Assembly (NCBI RefSeq): GCF_013365495.1
Contig: NZ_CP046580.1
Location: 570,001-602,000, forward strand
DNA: 32,000 nt
Reading direction: 5' to 3'
Source: Candidatus Saccharimonadota bacterium
GTDB lineage: Bacteria > Pseudomonadota > Alphaproteobacteria > Rickettsiales > Anaplasmataceae
Shown: in pieces, positions 21,583 through 31,291 of the stretch
Numbering within the stretch: position 1 is the stretch's first letter
Layout: each line of letters starts with the position of its first letter
Translations under genes and position numbers: made by a program
Notes under the pieces: generated by a model
What the model saw: the letters and a program-made list of their open reading frames with translations, nothing else
Database searches by the model: none
Told to the model about the DNA's origin: nothing

Positions 21583-23121
21583 ATGAAAGAATTCAAGAAT
21601 TTTTACATTACTACGCCAATGTATTATGTTAACGATAAACCACATATTGGTCATGCATATACTTCTCTTTTATGTGATGTGATTGCAAGGTTCAACAAGC
21701 TAGCTGGAAAAGATGTTAAATTTACTACCGGAACAGATGAACATGGACAAAAAATTGAAAGAGCAGCTAAAGTACAAGAAATGCAGCCAAAAGAATTTAC
21801 AGATGCAGTAAGTATCTTGTTTAAAGAATTAGCTGAGCTTATAAACATTCAATATGACGACTTTATCCGTACTACAGAAAAACGCCACAAGAAAGCAGTA
21901 ATAGTTTTATGGAATAGACTTAAAGAAAGAGGACAAATATATCTAGATTCCTACTCAGGCTGGTATTCAGTACACGATGAAACATTTTATCAAGAATTAG
22001 AATTAATAAATGGTAAGGCACCAACAGGTTCAGAAGTTCAATGGATAAAAGAAGAAAGTTATTTTTTCCGTTTGTCAAACTGGCAAAATAAATTACTAGA
22101 ATTATATCAAAATCAACCAAATTTCATCTTTCCTGAGAGCAGAAAAAATGAAGTAATATCATTTGTAAGATCAGGACTAACTGACTTTTCAATCTCCCGC
22201 ACTGGTCTCAATTGGGGAATAAAAGTACCAGGCAATAGTAAACACATAATCTATGTTTGGATAGATGCATTAACTAGTTATCTTACATCAATAGGCTTCT
22301 CTAGTACTAAAAACAAGGAATATAAAAAGTTTTGGGTAAATAATAACTCTTTCAATGTCCATATAGTTGGTAAGGACATATTACGTTTTCATGCTATATA
22401 TTGGCCGGCAATCCTCCTTGCAGCAGATTTACCACTACCAAAACAAATTGCAGTTCATGGTTGGTGGCTGAATGAAGAGAAAAAAATATCTAAATCTCTT
22501 GGCAATATTATAGATCCAATTAGCTTAGCTAAAGAGTTTGGTGTTGACCAACTACGCTATTTCCTCCTTAGAGAAATAAGCTTCAGTCAAGACGGTAACT
22601 TTAGTAAAAAAAATATGGTTAACAGAATAAACTCAGAACTAACAAATAACATAGGCAATCTGGTACAAAGAACAATCTCATTTTTACACAAGCAATGTTT
22701 AGGAGTTGTACCAACAATAGACAAAAATTTACTTAAGGGTCGTGAAGTTCTGCCCAACTGCAAAATTATACTTAACCAAGTTACACATCATCTATCAAAA
22801 TACGAATTTAACCATATCATACTTCTGATTACTAATATCTCATCTGAAGCCAATGCTTATATAGATAAAAGTACACCCTGGACACTGAGTAAAACTAATA
22901 GAAAACAAATGAATTTAGTGATTTATAAATTATTAGAGTATATTAGGATAATCGGTATTTTATTGCAGCCGATTATTCCCGAGTCAGCAAAAACAATACT
23001 TGACCAATTACAAATTTCAAAAAAACAACGAAATTTAAAATCTCTATGTAATGCATGCGTGAGGTCAGGTGTAACACTGCCTAAACCTATGCCAATCTTT
23101 CTGAAGTTAACATTTGAATAA
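21583..23121 (+). CDS. metG: Methionyl-tRNA synthetase (short form, no C-terminal tRNA-binding domain)
   Basis: 512-aa ORF with the class I signatures HIGHAYT and KISKSLGN. Confidence 0.96.
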   Translation: MKEFKNFYITTPMYYVNDKPHIGHAYTSLLCDVIARFNKLAGKDVKFTTGTDEHGQKIERAAKVQEMQPKEFTDAVSILFKELAELINIQYDDFIRTTEKRHKKAVIVLWNRLKERGQIYLDSYSGWYSVHDETFYQELELINGKAPTGSEVQWIKEESYFFRLSNWQNKLLELYQNQPNFIFPESRKNEVISFVRSGLTDFSISRTGLNWGIKVPGNSKHIIYVWIDALTSYLTSIGFSSTKNKEYKKFWVNNNSFNVHIVGKDILRFHAIYWPAILLAADLPLPKQIAVHGWWLNEEKKISKSLGNIIDPISLAKEFGVDQLRYFLLREISFSQDGNFSKKNMVNRINSELTNNIGNLVQRTISFLHKQCLGVVPTIDKNLLKGREVLPNCKIILNQVTHHLSKYEFNHIILLITNISSEANAYIDKSTPWTLSKTNRKQMNLVIYKLLEYIRIIGILLQPIIPESAKTILDQLQISKKQRNLKSLCNACVRSGVTLPKPMPIFLKLTFE

Positions 23122-23801
23122 AATATATTACATAACCATCTTTATTTCTCTATAAAATATTGAATAAGTTATCTATTTTAATTAGACAATTTAGTTAATT
23201 TCAACATTATCAAACATGTTCACATTAAATGAGCTAAGAAGTTGAAACATAAACTTAACTAAATTAAGATATAGATTCCATATATCTGATAAATAAAACA
23301 ATGAACTACACTTACTACTTCATTCAGATAATCAATTCTTAGGCTCCTTCTAATTATACTAATTACTGAACAAAAAGCTCTATAAAAGATATCCTAATTC
23401 TTAAAGCTTTTCTTAATTTTTAAAACTCAGAATTCCTTTCCTTTTCTCTGATATTAAATACAACAAACACTTTATTTTTAGTAAAAGTTCTATTTTTACT
23501 AGAGTTCATATTTTACATATTAAGCACAATATTATTAAATAAAAACAACATCTCTAACAATAATGAAGAAACAAACTTCATTGAACTACTAAAACCAAAA
23601 AATTAAAACCAATAAAAAAGCTACAGTAAAATACTTCTGATACAAATAAAAACAAAATAGCAAAACGTAAAATGCAAAATTGAGATATAATGTTTATACT
23701 ATATATAGTAATACAAATATTTTTAAAGATGGTCAATTTTATAAAAAATAATCAGTACTTCTTAAGTAAAAAAACTTTAATAAAAACTCTACAAAGCAAG
23801 A

Positions 23802-25253
23802 TTATAAATTATACCTTGCCGTGTAATCTTTAAATGTACCTCGATTAGAATCAAAATATAACTTTACACTACCAATCGGTCCATTTCTTTGTTTAGCAAT
23901 AATAAGCTCTGCAATGTTTCTAATTTTCTCCATCTTCTCTTGCCACTCTCGATGTTTACTACTCCCTTCATTTGGCTGCTTTCTCAGTTCATAATATTCT
24001 TCCCTATAAAGAAACATCACTATATCCGCATCTTGCTCTATACTTCCTGAATCACGCAAATCAGCAAGTTGTGGTTTTTTATCATCTCGTTGCTCAACAG
24101 AACGTGAGAGTTGAGAAAGTGCAAGAATGGGAATATCTAATTCCTTTGCAATTGCCTTTAAGCCCTGAGTCACTTCTGAAATTTCTTGCACTCTATTTTC
24201 ATTACTCCTTTTTGTTGTTCCCCTGATTAATTGTAGATAATCGATGAATACCACCTTCACATTATATAATTGATATAGTAAACGTATTCTAGTACAAAGA
24301 GCACTAATTGATAACGCAGGAGTATCATCTATCATAAAAGATAGTTCAGATAACTTTGAACTGGCATTGATAAATTCATGTAATTCAAAATTACTAATTC
24401 TCCCGGTTAATACTCTATAATAACTAATTCCTGAATCTATAGTAATTAACCTAGTAGCTAACTGTTCTGCCGACATTTCAAGTGAAAAAAACGCTACATA
24501 GTGTTTCTCACTTTCTCTTTTTTGCAAAATCTTACAAGCATTAAGTGCAATATTTAGTGCCAATGCTGTTTTACCCATAGAAGGTCTTGCCGCTAAAATT
24601 AATAGATCAGATTTTTGTAAACCTCCAAGAAGCTGATTTAAATTTTGCAGCCCAGTTGTAATCCCTAGTGCTCCAGGATTATTTTTTAGTGTACTTATTT
24701 TTTTAACTACACTTTTAACTGAACTTGCAAGTTTTACATACGTTTTCTCGCTCTGCTTTTTTACTGCTAAGTTGAACAACTTAGTCATCGCCTGCTCAAT
24801 TTGCACCTGTGCATGATTTTCAATATCATAGCTATAACTAGCATCTATTATTTCCTGCCCAAGCTTGATTAAACACCTTCTTAAATAAGCATCACGAATT
24901 ATTCTAGTCAAATTATAGATATCAAGTGCAATACTTGCCTTTGCTGCAAGTTTTGCAAGATATTCTACACCACCACACTGAGCAAACGCCTTGTCGTTTT
25001 CAAAGAACATCTTAAGACTTAATTCATTGGCAACCATGCCATGTTTTCTAATTTTAGATATTTGGATGAAAATATTTTGATGCAATGGATCATAAAGATT
25101 ATCTGCTGTAATTATATCTTCAACTACATCACAAATCCTATTATCACGAATCATTGCACCAATAAGCATTTGCTCTGCTTCCAAGTTACATGGCAACTTA
25201 CATATTCCCTTATTCATATCTCTTGAATCAATGAGATCAGTTGACTCATTCAT
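23802..25253 (-). CDS. dnaB: Replicative DNA helicase
   Basis: 483-aa ORF with the N-terminal LPCNLEAEQMLIGAMI, Walker A ARPSMGKTALALN, and the IDYLQL and SQLSRSVEQR motifs. Confidence 0.96.
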   Translation of the reverse strand: MNESTDLIDSRDMNKGICKLPCNLEAEQMLIGAMIRDNRICDVVEDIITADNLYDPLHQNIFIQISKIRKHGMVANELSLKMFFENDKAFAQCGGVEYLAKLAAKASIALDIYNLTRIIRDAYLRRCLIKLGQEIIDASYSYDIENHAQVQIEQAMTKLFNLAVKKQSEKTYVKLASSVKSVVKKISTLKNNPGALGITTGLQNLNQLLGGLQKSDLLILAARPSMGKTALALNIALNACKILQKRESEKHYVAFFSLEMSAEQLATRLITIDSGISYYRVLTGRISNFELHEFINASSKLSELSFMIDDTPALSISALCTRIRLLYQLYNVKVVFIDYLQLIRGTTKRSNENRVQEISEVTQGLKAIAKELDIPILALSQLSRSVEQRDDKKPQLADLRDSGSIEQDADIVMFLYREEYYELRKQPNEGSSKHREWQEKMEKIRNIAELIIAKQRNGPIGSVKLYFDSNRGTFKDYTARYNL

Positions 25254-25377
25254 TATTCAGCTTCCAAAACAATATTTAACTATTGTAGAATATTTAATTC
25301 TCATTTAAAAGACGTAAAGGGTAAAAAAATTTGACTAATTTCACGTTTCCATATATTGAATTATATTGAATTTAAAG

Positions 25378-25459
25378 GCTCCTGTGGTGGAATGGTAGAC
25401 ACAGCAGACTCAAAATCTGTTGCCCTAGTGGCATGCTGGTTCAAATCCGGCTAGGAGCA
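25378..25459 (+). tRNA. tRNA-Leu (anticodon CAA)
   Basis: Class II cloverleaf: acceptor GCTCCTG/TAGGAGC, D region TGGTGGAATGGTAGACAC, anticodon stem GCAGA/TCTGT with loop CTCAAAA, long variable arm TGCC-CTAG-TGGCA, and T-arm GCTGG-TTCAAAT-CCGGC. CCA is not encoded. Confidence 0.92.
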
Positions 25460-25485
25460 CACTAAAAATAGCAAAAAATGTATTT

Positions 25486-26085
25486 ATGTTACACAAAATG
25501 TTCAACTATCTATTTTCTATTTTTACCTCCATAAATGTCCTTAAAAAGGTAAAAAAAGATAAAAATAGTATATATTATATAACAGGACTTAAGCGCTATA
25601 TATCAATATTACTTGATCTAATTATTATTGTTATATTCTTACAATCTTGCAGCCAGATCTCAAATCAGTTCTTCATAAACTCAGAAGATAGCAAAACACT
25701 AAGTCAAATTGCTGCAAAATATCAAACACAAATATCACTTTCTATAGAGGAAAAGATAGTTCAAAGTAAACTTATTAAATTACTGATTATAAATCAAATA
25801 ATCCAGTTTATTGGGCTCTTCAGTTATATCACATATATGTGGACAAGATTTGCTGCTACACCTGGAAAACTATTACTTGGGCTCAGAGTTGTGGATGCAC
25901 AAACCTTCAAAAGGATAACCCCAAAACAAGCAACAAAAAGATTTTTTTCTATAATATTATCAGCTGCACCATTATTTTTGGGCTTTTTATGGTCAAACTT
26001 TAACAATCGTTGTCAAACTTGGCACGATAAAATTGCAGATACAGTAGTTATTACTAGCAAAAGTCTCAAAAATAATAAAAGCTAA
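25486..26085 (+). CDS. RDD family membrane protein
   Basis: 199-aa ORF with RDD-domain-like blocks (GLKRYISILLDLIIIV; RFAATPGKLLLGLRVVD; WHDKIADTVVI) and hydrophobic spans. Confidence 0.75.
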   Translation: MLHKMFNYLFSIFTSINVLKKVKKDKNSIYYITGLKRYISILLDLIIIVIFLQSCSQISNQFFINSEDSKTLSQIAAKYQTQISLSIEEKIVQSKLIKLLIINQIIQFIGLFSYITYMWTRFAATPGKLLLGLRVVDAQTFKRITPKQATKRFFSIILSAAPLFLGFLWSNFNNRCQTWHDKIADTVVITSKSLKNNKS

Positions 26086-27077
26086 GGAACTGTTTTTTTT
26101 ATATTTATCTAGCACATTATTGTTTAGCTATTCTTACTGTCAATTGTTCCATCGTACCTTAAAATTACTTAATTAACTGATTTTATAGTATAGATCAAAG
26201 TTATATTTATCCTTTTATTTACTTCCTTAATTCCAAGTTATTACTAATATTCAGCCCTATTTTCTTACTCCAAAATCCCCAACAAATTTTCACCAGCACA
26301 TCCATATTTTCATTTTAGATTATATTTTGTATACTTATAATGACTAACTCTAATATAACCAACTTTTGCTCTACAATTTATTAAAATTCTAAGATCAATT
26401 GGACTGTCCATAAATTGCTTCAGACTCAAATACTATGTTTACGTTAACCTATCTCACAACAAAATTATCTTTGAAATTATATCAAAAAATTTCTTTCATA
26501 GTTTAACCTTTATTAAAAATTTATAAAGGCACCAGTATTCAATAACAATTTTCCAATAAAGTTTTTTTATATTTTAACAAATGCTTTATCCTAAAAATAC
26601 TAATAATAAAGTTAATTTAATTCACAACAAAAGTGAGCATATCAATAATATATTGAATAGTATAATCCATTTCTAACTTTCTATACTAGAAATAGTAAAA
26701 AATTCATAAAGCACAAATAATTTAAAGAAAAAGAACTTTAAATTAATCTTGACTATTTAATCCTTCATTGAATAAGTTAACAGCAATATTTTTTTCACTA
26801 AATGTTTAATTAAAATCACTTAAACTAAATATAAATTTTTTTTTGTAAAGTTATAGTAACACATAACTCTATATTTAATGACTAAAAAATACCTTAAAAG
26901 CTTCTTACTGGATTTTATCAATGAATTTTAAGATTAAAAAATAAGCTCTTGCTAAAATAAATTCGCATCTCACTTAAATAATGTAATATCAAAATTTATC
27001 AAATAATCCTAATATACTTTTAATAACTAGTTATGTGCTACTTACTTAAAGTTACTGTAAAATAAAGCCTCAACATT

Positions 27078-27875
27078 TTAGCGAACAGTTATCTTAACCC
27101 CAGCAGCATACAAATCAATATAGTTTCTTCCTGTACTAAGCAATGCAAGTCCGATTTTACCTACGCTAGAGCGAAGATCCCCTATTTTTTCATTACTTTC
27201 ATTTATTACTTTAGTGCCAATATCTGGAAGTATATTATCCCCTTCAACGAAACAAAGTTTCTTTCGGAAAATCTCTTGTCTACTCATTCGATTTACAACT
27301 TCCTGACCTATATAACATCCCTTATTAAAGCTTATACCATTTATTTGATCAATCAAATATTGTAATGGAAATGACGAATTTTGCACCATATCTTTTTTCC
27401 CATCTGGAATAAGGTTTTGAATTCTAACTTTTTCATATTGAATAATATCACCAATTGGCTGTTTTATTTCATCTTTATGTATTATTCTCATCCCTAAAGA
27501 CTTATGTCTTGGATCTTGAAAAATAATTCGTGATTCATTACTCAATTCTGTTAATTTAGTATTAAACAAAACTCCAACCTTATATAGTGTACTAACATCT
27601 TTAATCTTCACTCTGAGATAAGTCTTAAGCAAATCCAATTTCTCAATCATCTGCTGTAAGTAAATACTCTCACATTCTAATAAAATACATTTACCATATT
27701 CAACAAGAAAAAAATCATATAAATATTGTCCATGAGAGTTAAGCAATAAAGAATAAATAGCTCTTTGGTTACTCAAATTACTAATATCGTTTGTTATAAT
27801 GCTCTGTAGAAAACTTCTTGTATCTGGCCCATATATAGCTAATACACTACGACTCCGTAATGGTATATAACTCAT
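27078..27875 (-). CDS. ygfZ: YgfZ/CAF17-type folate-binding protein (GcvT-like fold)
   Basis: 265-aa ORF with the N-terminal block LAIYGPDTRSFLQSIITNDI and the family signature KGCYIGQE. Confidence 0.85.
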   Translation of the reverse strand: MSYIPLRSRSVLAIYGPDTRSFLQSIITNDISNLSNQRAIYSLLLNSHGQYLYDFFLVEYGKCILLECESIYLQQMIEKLDLLKTYLRVKIKDVSTLYKVGVLFNTKLTELSNESRIIFQDPRHKSLGMRIIHKDEIKQPIGDIIQYEKVRIQNLIPDGKKDMVQNSSFPLQYLIDQINGISFNKGCYIGQEVVNRMSRQEIFRKKLCFVEGDNILPDIGTKVINESNEKIGDLRSSVGKIGLALLSTGRNYIDLYAAGVKITVR

Positions 27876-27954
27876 ACAACTTAATAATAACTCAAATTTT
27901 AGTATATAATATTAATATTCTTTGCCTTTTACAATTTTTAAAAAGCTTAAGGCC

Positions 27955-27983
27955 CTTGAAATCTAATTTATTAGTACCTATAT
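27955..27983 (+). promoter_or_regulatory. Putative RpoH (sigma-32) heat-shock promoter of groESL
   Basis: GGCCCTTGAAA carries the -35 CTTGAA (27955-27960). A 16-nt spacer follows, then CCTATAT (27977-27983). This fits the E. coli -35 CCCTTGAA and the alphaproteobacterial form CTTG-N17/18-CYTATNT. It lies about 35 nt upstream of the groES ATG, which has a GAGGA ribosome-binding site. Confidence 0.55.
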
Positions 27984-28017
27984 AAATTTATGGTTCAATT
28001 TGTTGATGAGGAAATAA

Positions 28018-28308
28018 ATGTCTAGTGTGAATTTAAATGTGCTGGATGATAGTGTTCTAATTAAACCTATCAGCGAAGAAAAACAAGGTGGGATTGTGCT
28101 CCCATCAAGTGCTGAAAAGAAGCCTACTAAAGGTGAAGTTATAGCAATTGGTGAAGGTTCACGCAACTCAAGTGGCGAGCGTATATCCTTAACTGTAAAG
28201 GTTGGTGATAAAGTTTTTTATCGTCAATGGGCTGGTACAGAAATAGAACATGGTGATGAAAAGTTTATCGTAATGAAAGAGTCCGATATACTTGCTATCG
28301 TTAAGTAG
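28018..28308 (+). CDS. groES: Co-chaperonin GroES
   Basis: 96-aa ORF with VLIKP..., GGIVLPSSA (mobile loop) and GEVIAIGEG. It lies directly upstream of groEL. Confidence 0.97.
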   Translation: MSSVNLNVLDDSVLIKPISEEKQGGIVLPSSAEKKPTKGEVIAIGEGSRNSSGERISLTVKVGDKVFYRQWAGTEIEHGDEKFIVMKESDILAIVK

Positions 28309-28417
28309 AAACTTTTAATTTTTAAAATTTAAAGTAAAATACAACATAGCACATTGTGAAGTAATTTGTTAAATTTTTCTAATTTTTTTATTAATTCTAG
28401 TTAATGAGGTTACAAAG

Positions 28418-30070
28418 ATGACTAATGTAGTAGTATCAGGTGAGCAGTTACAGCAAGCTTTTCGCGAAGTTGCAGCAGTAGTAGACTCAACGGTAGCAGT
28501 AACTGCAGGGCCTAGAGGAAAAACAGTAGGGATTAACAAGCCTTATGGGGCACCAGAAATTACAAAAGATGGTTATAAGGTAATGAAAGGTATTAAGCCT
28601 GAAAAACCACTAAACGCTGCAATAACAAGCGTTTTTGCTCAAAGTTGTTCTCAATGTAATGATAAAGTTGGTGATGGTACAACAACATGCTCAATATTAA
28701 CTAGCGGTATGGTAATGGAAGCTTCAAAATCAATTGCCGCTGGAAATGATCGTGTAAGCATTAAAAATGGAATGCAGAAAGCAAAGGACGTAGTACTAAG
28801 GGAAGTTACATCAATGTCCCGCACAATTTCTTTAGAGAAAATAGATGAAGTGGCACAAGTTGCCATAATTTCTGCAAATGGTGATAGAAGTATTGGTAGT
28901 AATATTGCTGATGCCGTCAAAAAAGTTGGGAAAGAAGGTGTCATCACTGTTGAAGAAAGTAAAGGTTCCAAAGAACTCGAAGTTGAGCTCACTACTGGTA
29001 TGCAGTTTGATCGTGGTTATCTTTCTCCATACTTTATTACAGATAATGAAAAAATGATTGTAGAGCTTGATGATCCATACCTCTTAATTACAGAGAAAAA
29101 ACTTAATATCATTCAACCTTTACTTTCTATTCTTGAAGCTGTTGTTAAGTCTGGTAAACCTCTACTTATTATTGCGGAAGACATTGAAGGTGAAGCATTG
29201 AGTACTTTAGTTATTAACAAGTTACGTGGTGGTCTGAAAGTTGCTGCAGTAAAAGCTCCAGGTTTTGGTGACAGAAGGAAAGAGATGCTTGAGGATATAG
29301 CAGCATTAACTAATGCTAAATATGTTATAAAAGATGAACTTGGAATTAAAATGGAAGACTTAACTCTTGAAGACCTTGGTATCGCTAAAAATGTCAAGAT
29401 TACTAAAGATAACACCACAATTGTTAGTGAAAACAAAGTTACTAATAGAGTGAAAGCTAGAATTGAGCAGATTAAGTCTCAAATCGAAACTTCAACTTCT
29501 GATTATGATAAAGAGAAACTAAGAGAACGTTTAGCAAAATTATCAGGTGGTGTTGCTGTATTAAAAGTTGGTGGAGCAACTGAAGTTGAGGTTAAAGAAC
29601 GTAGAGATAGAGTTGAGGATGCGTTGCACGCAACAAGAGCTGCAATTGAAGAAGGTATAGTTCCAGGCGGTGGAGTTGCACTTCTTTATGCTTCTTCTGC
29701 TCTTGATAACCTGAAAGGTGCAGGTGATGAGGAACAAATAGGTATAAATATTATCAAGAAAGTTCTTAGTGTTCCTATTAAGAGATTAGTCAAAAATGCT
29801 GGTCTAGAATCTGCTGTTATAATCGATTATTTGATTAAGCAAAATAATAAAGAACTTATATATAATGTTGAAGCTATGAATTATGCTAATGCATTTACTG
29901 CTGGTGTTATTGACCCAGCAAAAGTTGTTCGTATTGCTTTTGAAACAGCAATATCTGTTGCAAGTATATTAATTACCACTGAATCCATGATAGTTGATAT
30001 ACCAAATAAAGATGAAAATGCTTCATCTTCTATGGGTGCAGGTGGTATGAATAGAATGAATGAATTTTAA
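28418..30070 (+). CDS. groEL: Chaperonin GroEL
   Basis: 550-aa ORF with [33 protein letters not shown] and VPGGGVALL. The N-terminus [19 protein letters not shown] is the form I associate with Wolbachia GroEL. Confidence 0.98.
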   Translation: MTNVVVSGEQLQQAFREVAAVVDSTVAVTAGPRGKTVGINKPYGAPEITKDGYKVMKGIKPEKPLNAAITSVFAQSCSQCNDKVGDGTTTCSILTSGMVMEASKSIAAGNDRVSIKNGMQKAKDVVLREVTSMSRTISLEKIDEVAQVAIISANGDRSIGSNIADAVKKVGKEGVITVEESKGSKELEVELTTGMQFDRGYLSPYFITDNEKMIVELDDPYLLITEKKLNIIQPLLSILEAVVKSGKPLLIIAEDIEGEALSTLVINKLRGGLKVAAVKAPGFGDRRKEMLEDIAALTNAKYVIKDELGIKMEDLTLEDLGIAKNVKITKDNTTIVSENKVTNRVKARIEQIKSQIETSTSDYDKEKLRERLAKLSGGVAVLKVGGATEVEVKERRDRVEDALHATRAAIEEGIVPGGGVALLYASSALDNLKGAGDEEQIGINIIKKVLSVPIKRLVKNAGLESAVIIDYLIKQNNKELIYNVEAMNYANAFTAGVIDPAKVVRIAFETAISVASILITTESMIVDIPNKDENASSSMGAGGMNRMNEF

Positions 30071-30089
30071 GTAAATAAAAACTTGGAGA

Positions 30090-30139
30090 CAAGTAGCAAA
30101 ATAAAGGCTACTTGCTCTAAGAATAATTTTTTATTTTTC
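30090..30139 (+). terminator. Possible intrinsic terminator after groEL
   Basis: Hairpin with an 8-bp stem, CAAGTAGC (30090-30097) / GCTACTTG (30107-30114), and a 9-nt loop, starting 20 nt after the groEL stop. The T-run (TTTTTTATTTTT, 30127-30138) begins only 12 nt after the stem, so this is not a textbook terminator. Confidence 0.35.
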
Positions 30140-30613
30140 TGAAGTACATTAAGAATATAAAATACTTAAATAATCTTTATTACCCACACAAAAAGTCTCT
30201 TATCCTTACTGCCATAACTTACTTTAAGTGTACCCGCTTTTTTTTTATTAAAACTCAAGTATCTGTTTTTACCTTTTTATTAAAAATATACCACTCTTCA
30301 TAATATATAAGAAAATTTATATGAAAAATACCCCAAAAATTTCCTCTGTACTTACCACAAACAACGGCTTTATAATACTCAAACAAACACACAATAAACA
30401 TATACTTGATGAAAAAAGCTACATTTTATAAAATAACCTAGAAAGTAAGTATCTCAACTACTAGGAAAAAATAAGTAAAAACACTGAGTAATATAAGATA
30501 AGTGATAAGCAAAAAACAACATAGTACAATGGTATTTCCAAAATACTATACAATATTCTCAACTTATAAAAAGTATAACCATTTCATATTCTCTTTCAAG
30601 ATATACGATACGG

Positions 30614-30684
30614 CTGGGGTGGAAGGATTCGAACCTTCGCTGGCGGTACCAAAAACCGCTACCTTACCACTTGGCTACACCCCA
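30614..30684 (-). tRNA. tRNA-Gln (anticodon UUG)
   Basis: The reverse complement TGGGGTGTAGCCAAGTGGTAAGGTAGCGGTTTTTGGTACCGCCAGCGAAGGTTCGAATCCTTCCACCCCAG closely parallels E. coli tRNA-Gln: U1-A72 acceptor TGGGGTG/CACCCCA, anticodon loop TTTTGGT, and T-arm GAAGG-TTCGAAT-CCTTC. Confidence 0.92.
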
Positions 30685-30695
30685 ATACATCAATC

Positions 30696-31013
30696 TTAGT
30701 TAATAGCATTACTAACCCAATCAGTAAAAGCCCTATTTGTCTTTTCTACTGGTAATATCATAATAGCAGGCTGATCATAAGAATGCATTGCTTCAATTTT
30801 TTTTATAACCATATCAACTTTGCCACTTCTACTTTTCATGATTGTTACTACTTCATAACTATTATGAATTTCATCTTTCCATAAATATAAAGAATTTACC
30901 TGAGAAAATATGTTTACACAGAAAACCAATTTCTCACTTAATAATTTTTCAGAAATAGTTTTAGCTTCTTCTAAATTTGAAAAAGTTGTATAAACTAAAA
31001 CTATATTACTCAT
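30696..31013 (-). CDS. cutA: Divalent-cation tolerance protein CutA
   Basis: 105-aa ORF of typical CutA1 length and pattern (VLVYTTFSNLEEAKTISEKLLSEKLVFCVNI...YLWKDEI...YDQPAIMILPVE...F.DWV). Confidence 0.9.
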   Translation of the reverse strand: MSNIVLVYTTFSNLEEAKTISEKLLSEKLVFCVNIFSQVNSLYLWKDEIHNSYEVVTIMKSRSGKVDMVIKKIEAMHSYDQPAIMILPVEKTNRAFTDWVSNAIN

Positions 31014-31240
31014 TAAATAACATTAATTAAATATATTATGAATATACTCACTTAAGTTAATTCATCAAGAAAAAATAAAACTAAAGTATCTTTCAATACC
31101 CATCATTATAGTTTAAAAGCATTTCATGAAAAAGAAGTTTCTAAACAATAAAGTCCCTACTATCTAAATTGCTTAAAATTAGAATTCATATTCTAAAACA
31201 CATGAGATTAAAAATGTTTTTTAAGTTCAATACCCACTCA

Positions 31241-31291
31241 GCTCTAAAAAATATAAAATCAAAAGGGATGTTACTTCTCATAACATCCTTT
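31241..31291 (-). terminator. Putative intrinsic terminator, minus-strand orientation
   Basis: On the minus strand, GGATGTTA / TAACATCC form an 8-bp stem with three G-C pairs (within 31263-31291) and a 7-nt loop. The stem is followed directly by CTTTTGATTTTATATTTTTT. On the plus strand the same hairpin has no U-tract, so the orientation is minus. It sits between the gene-free right-end tract and cutA. Confidence 0.4.

Noticed and set aside
25331-25357. TTGACT-N15-TATATT upstream of tRNA-Leu and the RDD gene, considered as a promoter candidate.
   Set aside because: The 15-nt spacer is short, and TATATT-like hexamers recur every few nt in this AT-rich stretch. The support is too weak to annotate.
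26268-26432. A minus-strand open frame in the T-rich part of the RDD-ygfZ spacer: YLSLKQFMDSPIDLRILINCRAKVGYIRVSHYKYTKYNLK, one stop, then KYGCAGENLLGILE. It looked protein-like and could have been a pseudogene relic.
   Set aside because: I could not match it to any family. My rough estimate (stop probability about 0.08 per codon, about 8.5 kb of spacer in six frames) is that dozens of 40-codon open stretches are expected by chance. It is only worth revisiting with a tblastn or synteny check.
27876-28017. I looked for a CIRCE (HrcA) operator upstream of groES.
   Set aside because: There is no TTAGCACTC-N9-GAGTGCTAA-like inverted repeat. The only partial resemblance (TTAGTACC) has no inverted partner.
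2317-29436. Nineteen ORFs of 60-149 aa in the supplied track lie antisense inside larger genes: 2317-2679 and 3505-3816 in ppdK; 10380-10742; 10822-11040; 12122-12388 and 13589-13807 in carB; 15294-15536; 15792-16043; 19172-19417; 20615-20821; 20933-21382; 21651-21848; 21920-22120; 23972-24226; 25041-25226; 25824-26006; 27978-28166; 28651-28992 and 29113-29436 in groEL.
   Set aside because: Each is fully or largely embedded opposite a gene with strong, full-length family motifs. Their translations are low-complexity Ser/Leu/Phe/Ile-rich strings typical of antisense frames of AT-rich genes, and none shows a recognisable motif.
30023-30067. The GroEL C-terminal tail [15 protein letters not shown] has only one GGM unit, instead of the multiple GGM repeats of E. 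coli GroEL.
   Set aside because: GGM tail length varies widely among bacteria, and short or degenerate tails are common in Rickettsiales. It is not evidence of anything unusual without comparative data.
30502-30699. A 65-aa plus-strand ORF, the only ORF of 60 aa or more in a spacer.
   Set aside because: Its 3' third runs straight across the tRNA-Gln gene (30614-30684) on the opposite strand, and it ends inside cutA. It has no ribosome-binding site or motif, and an open frame of this length is expected by chance.
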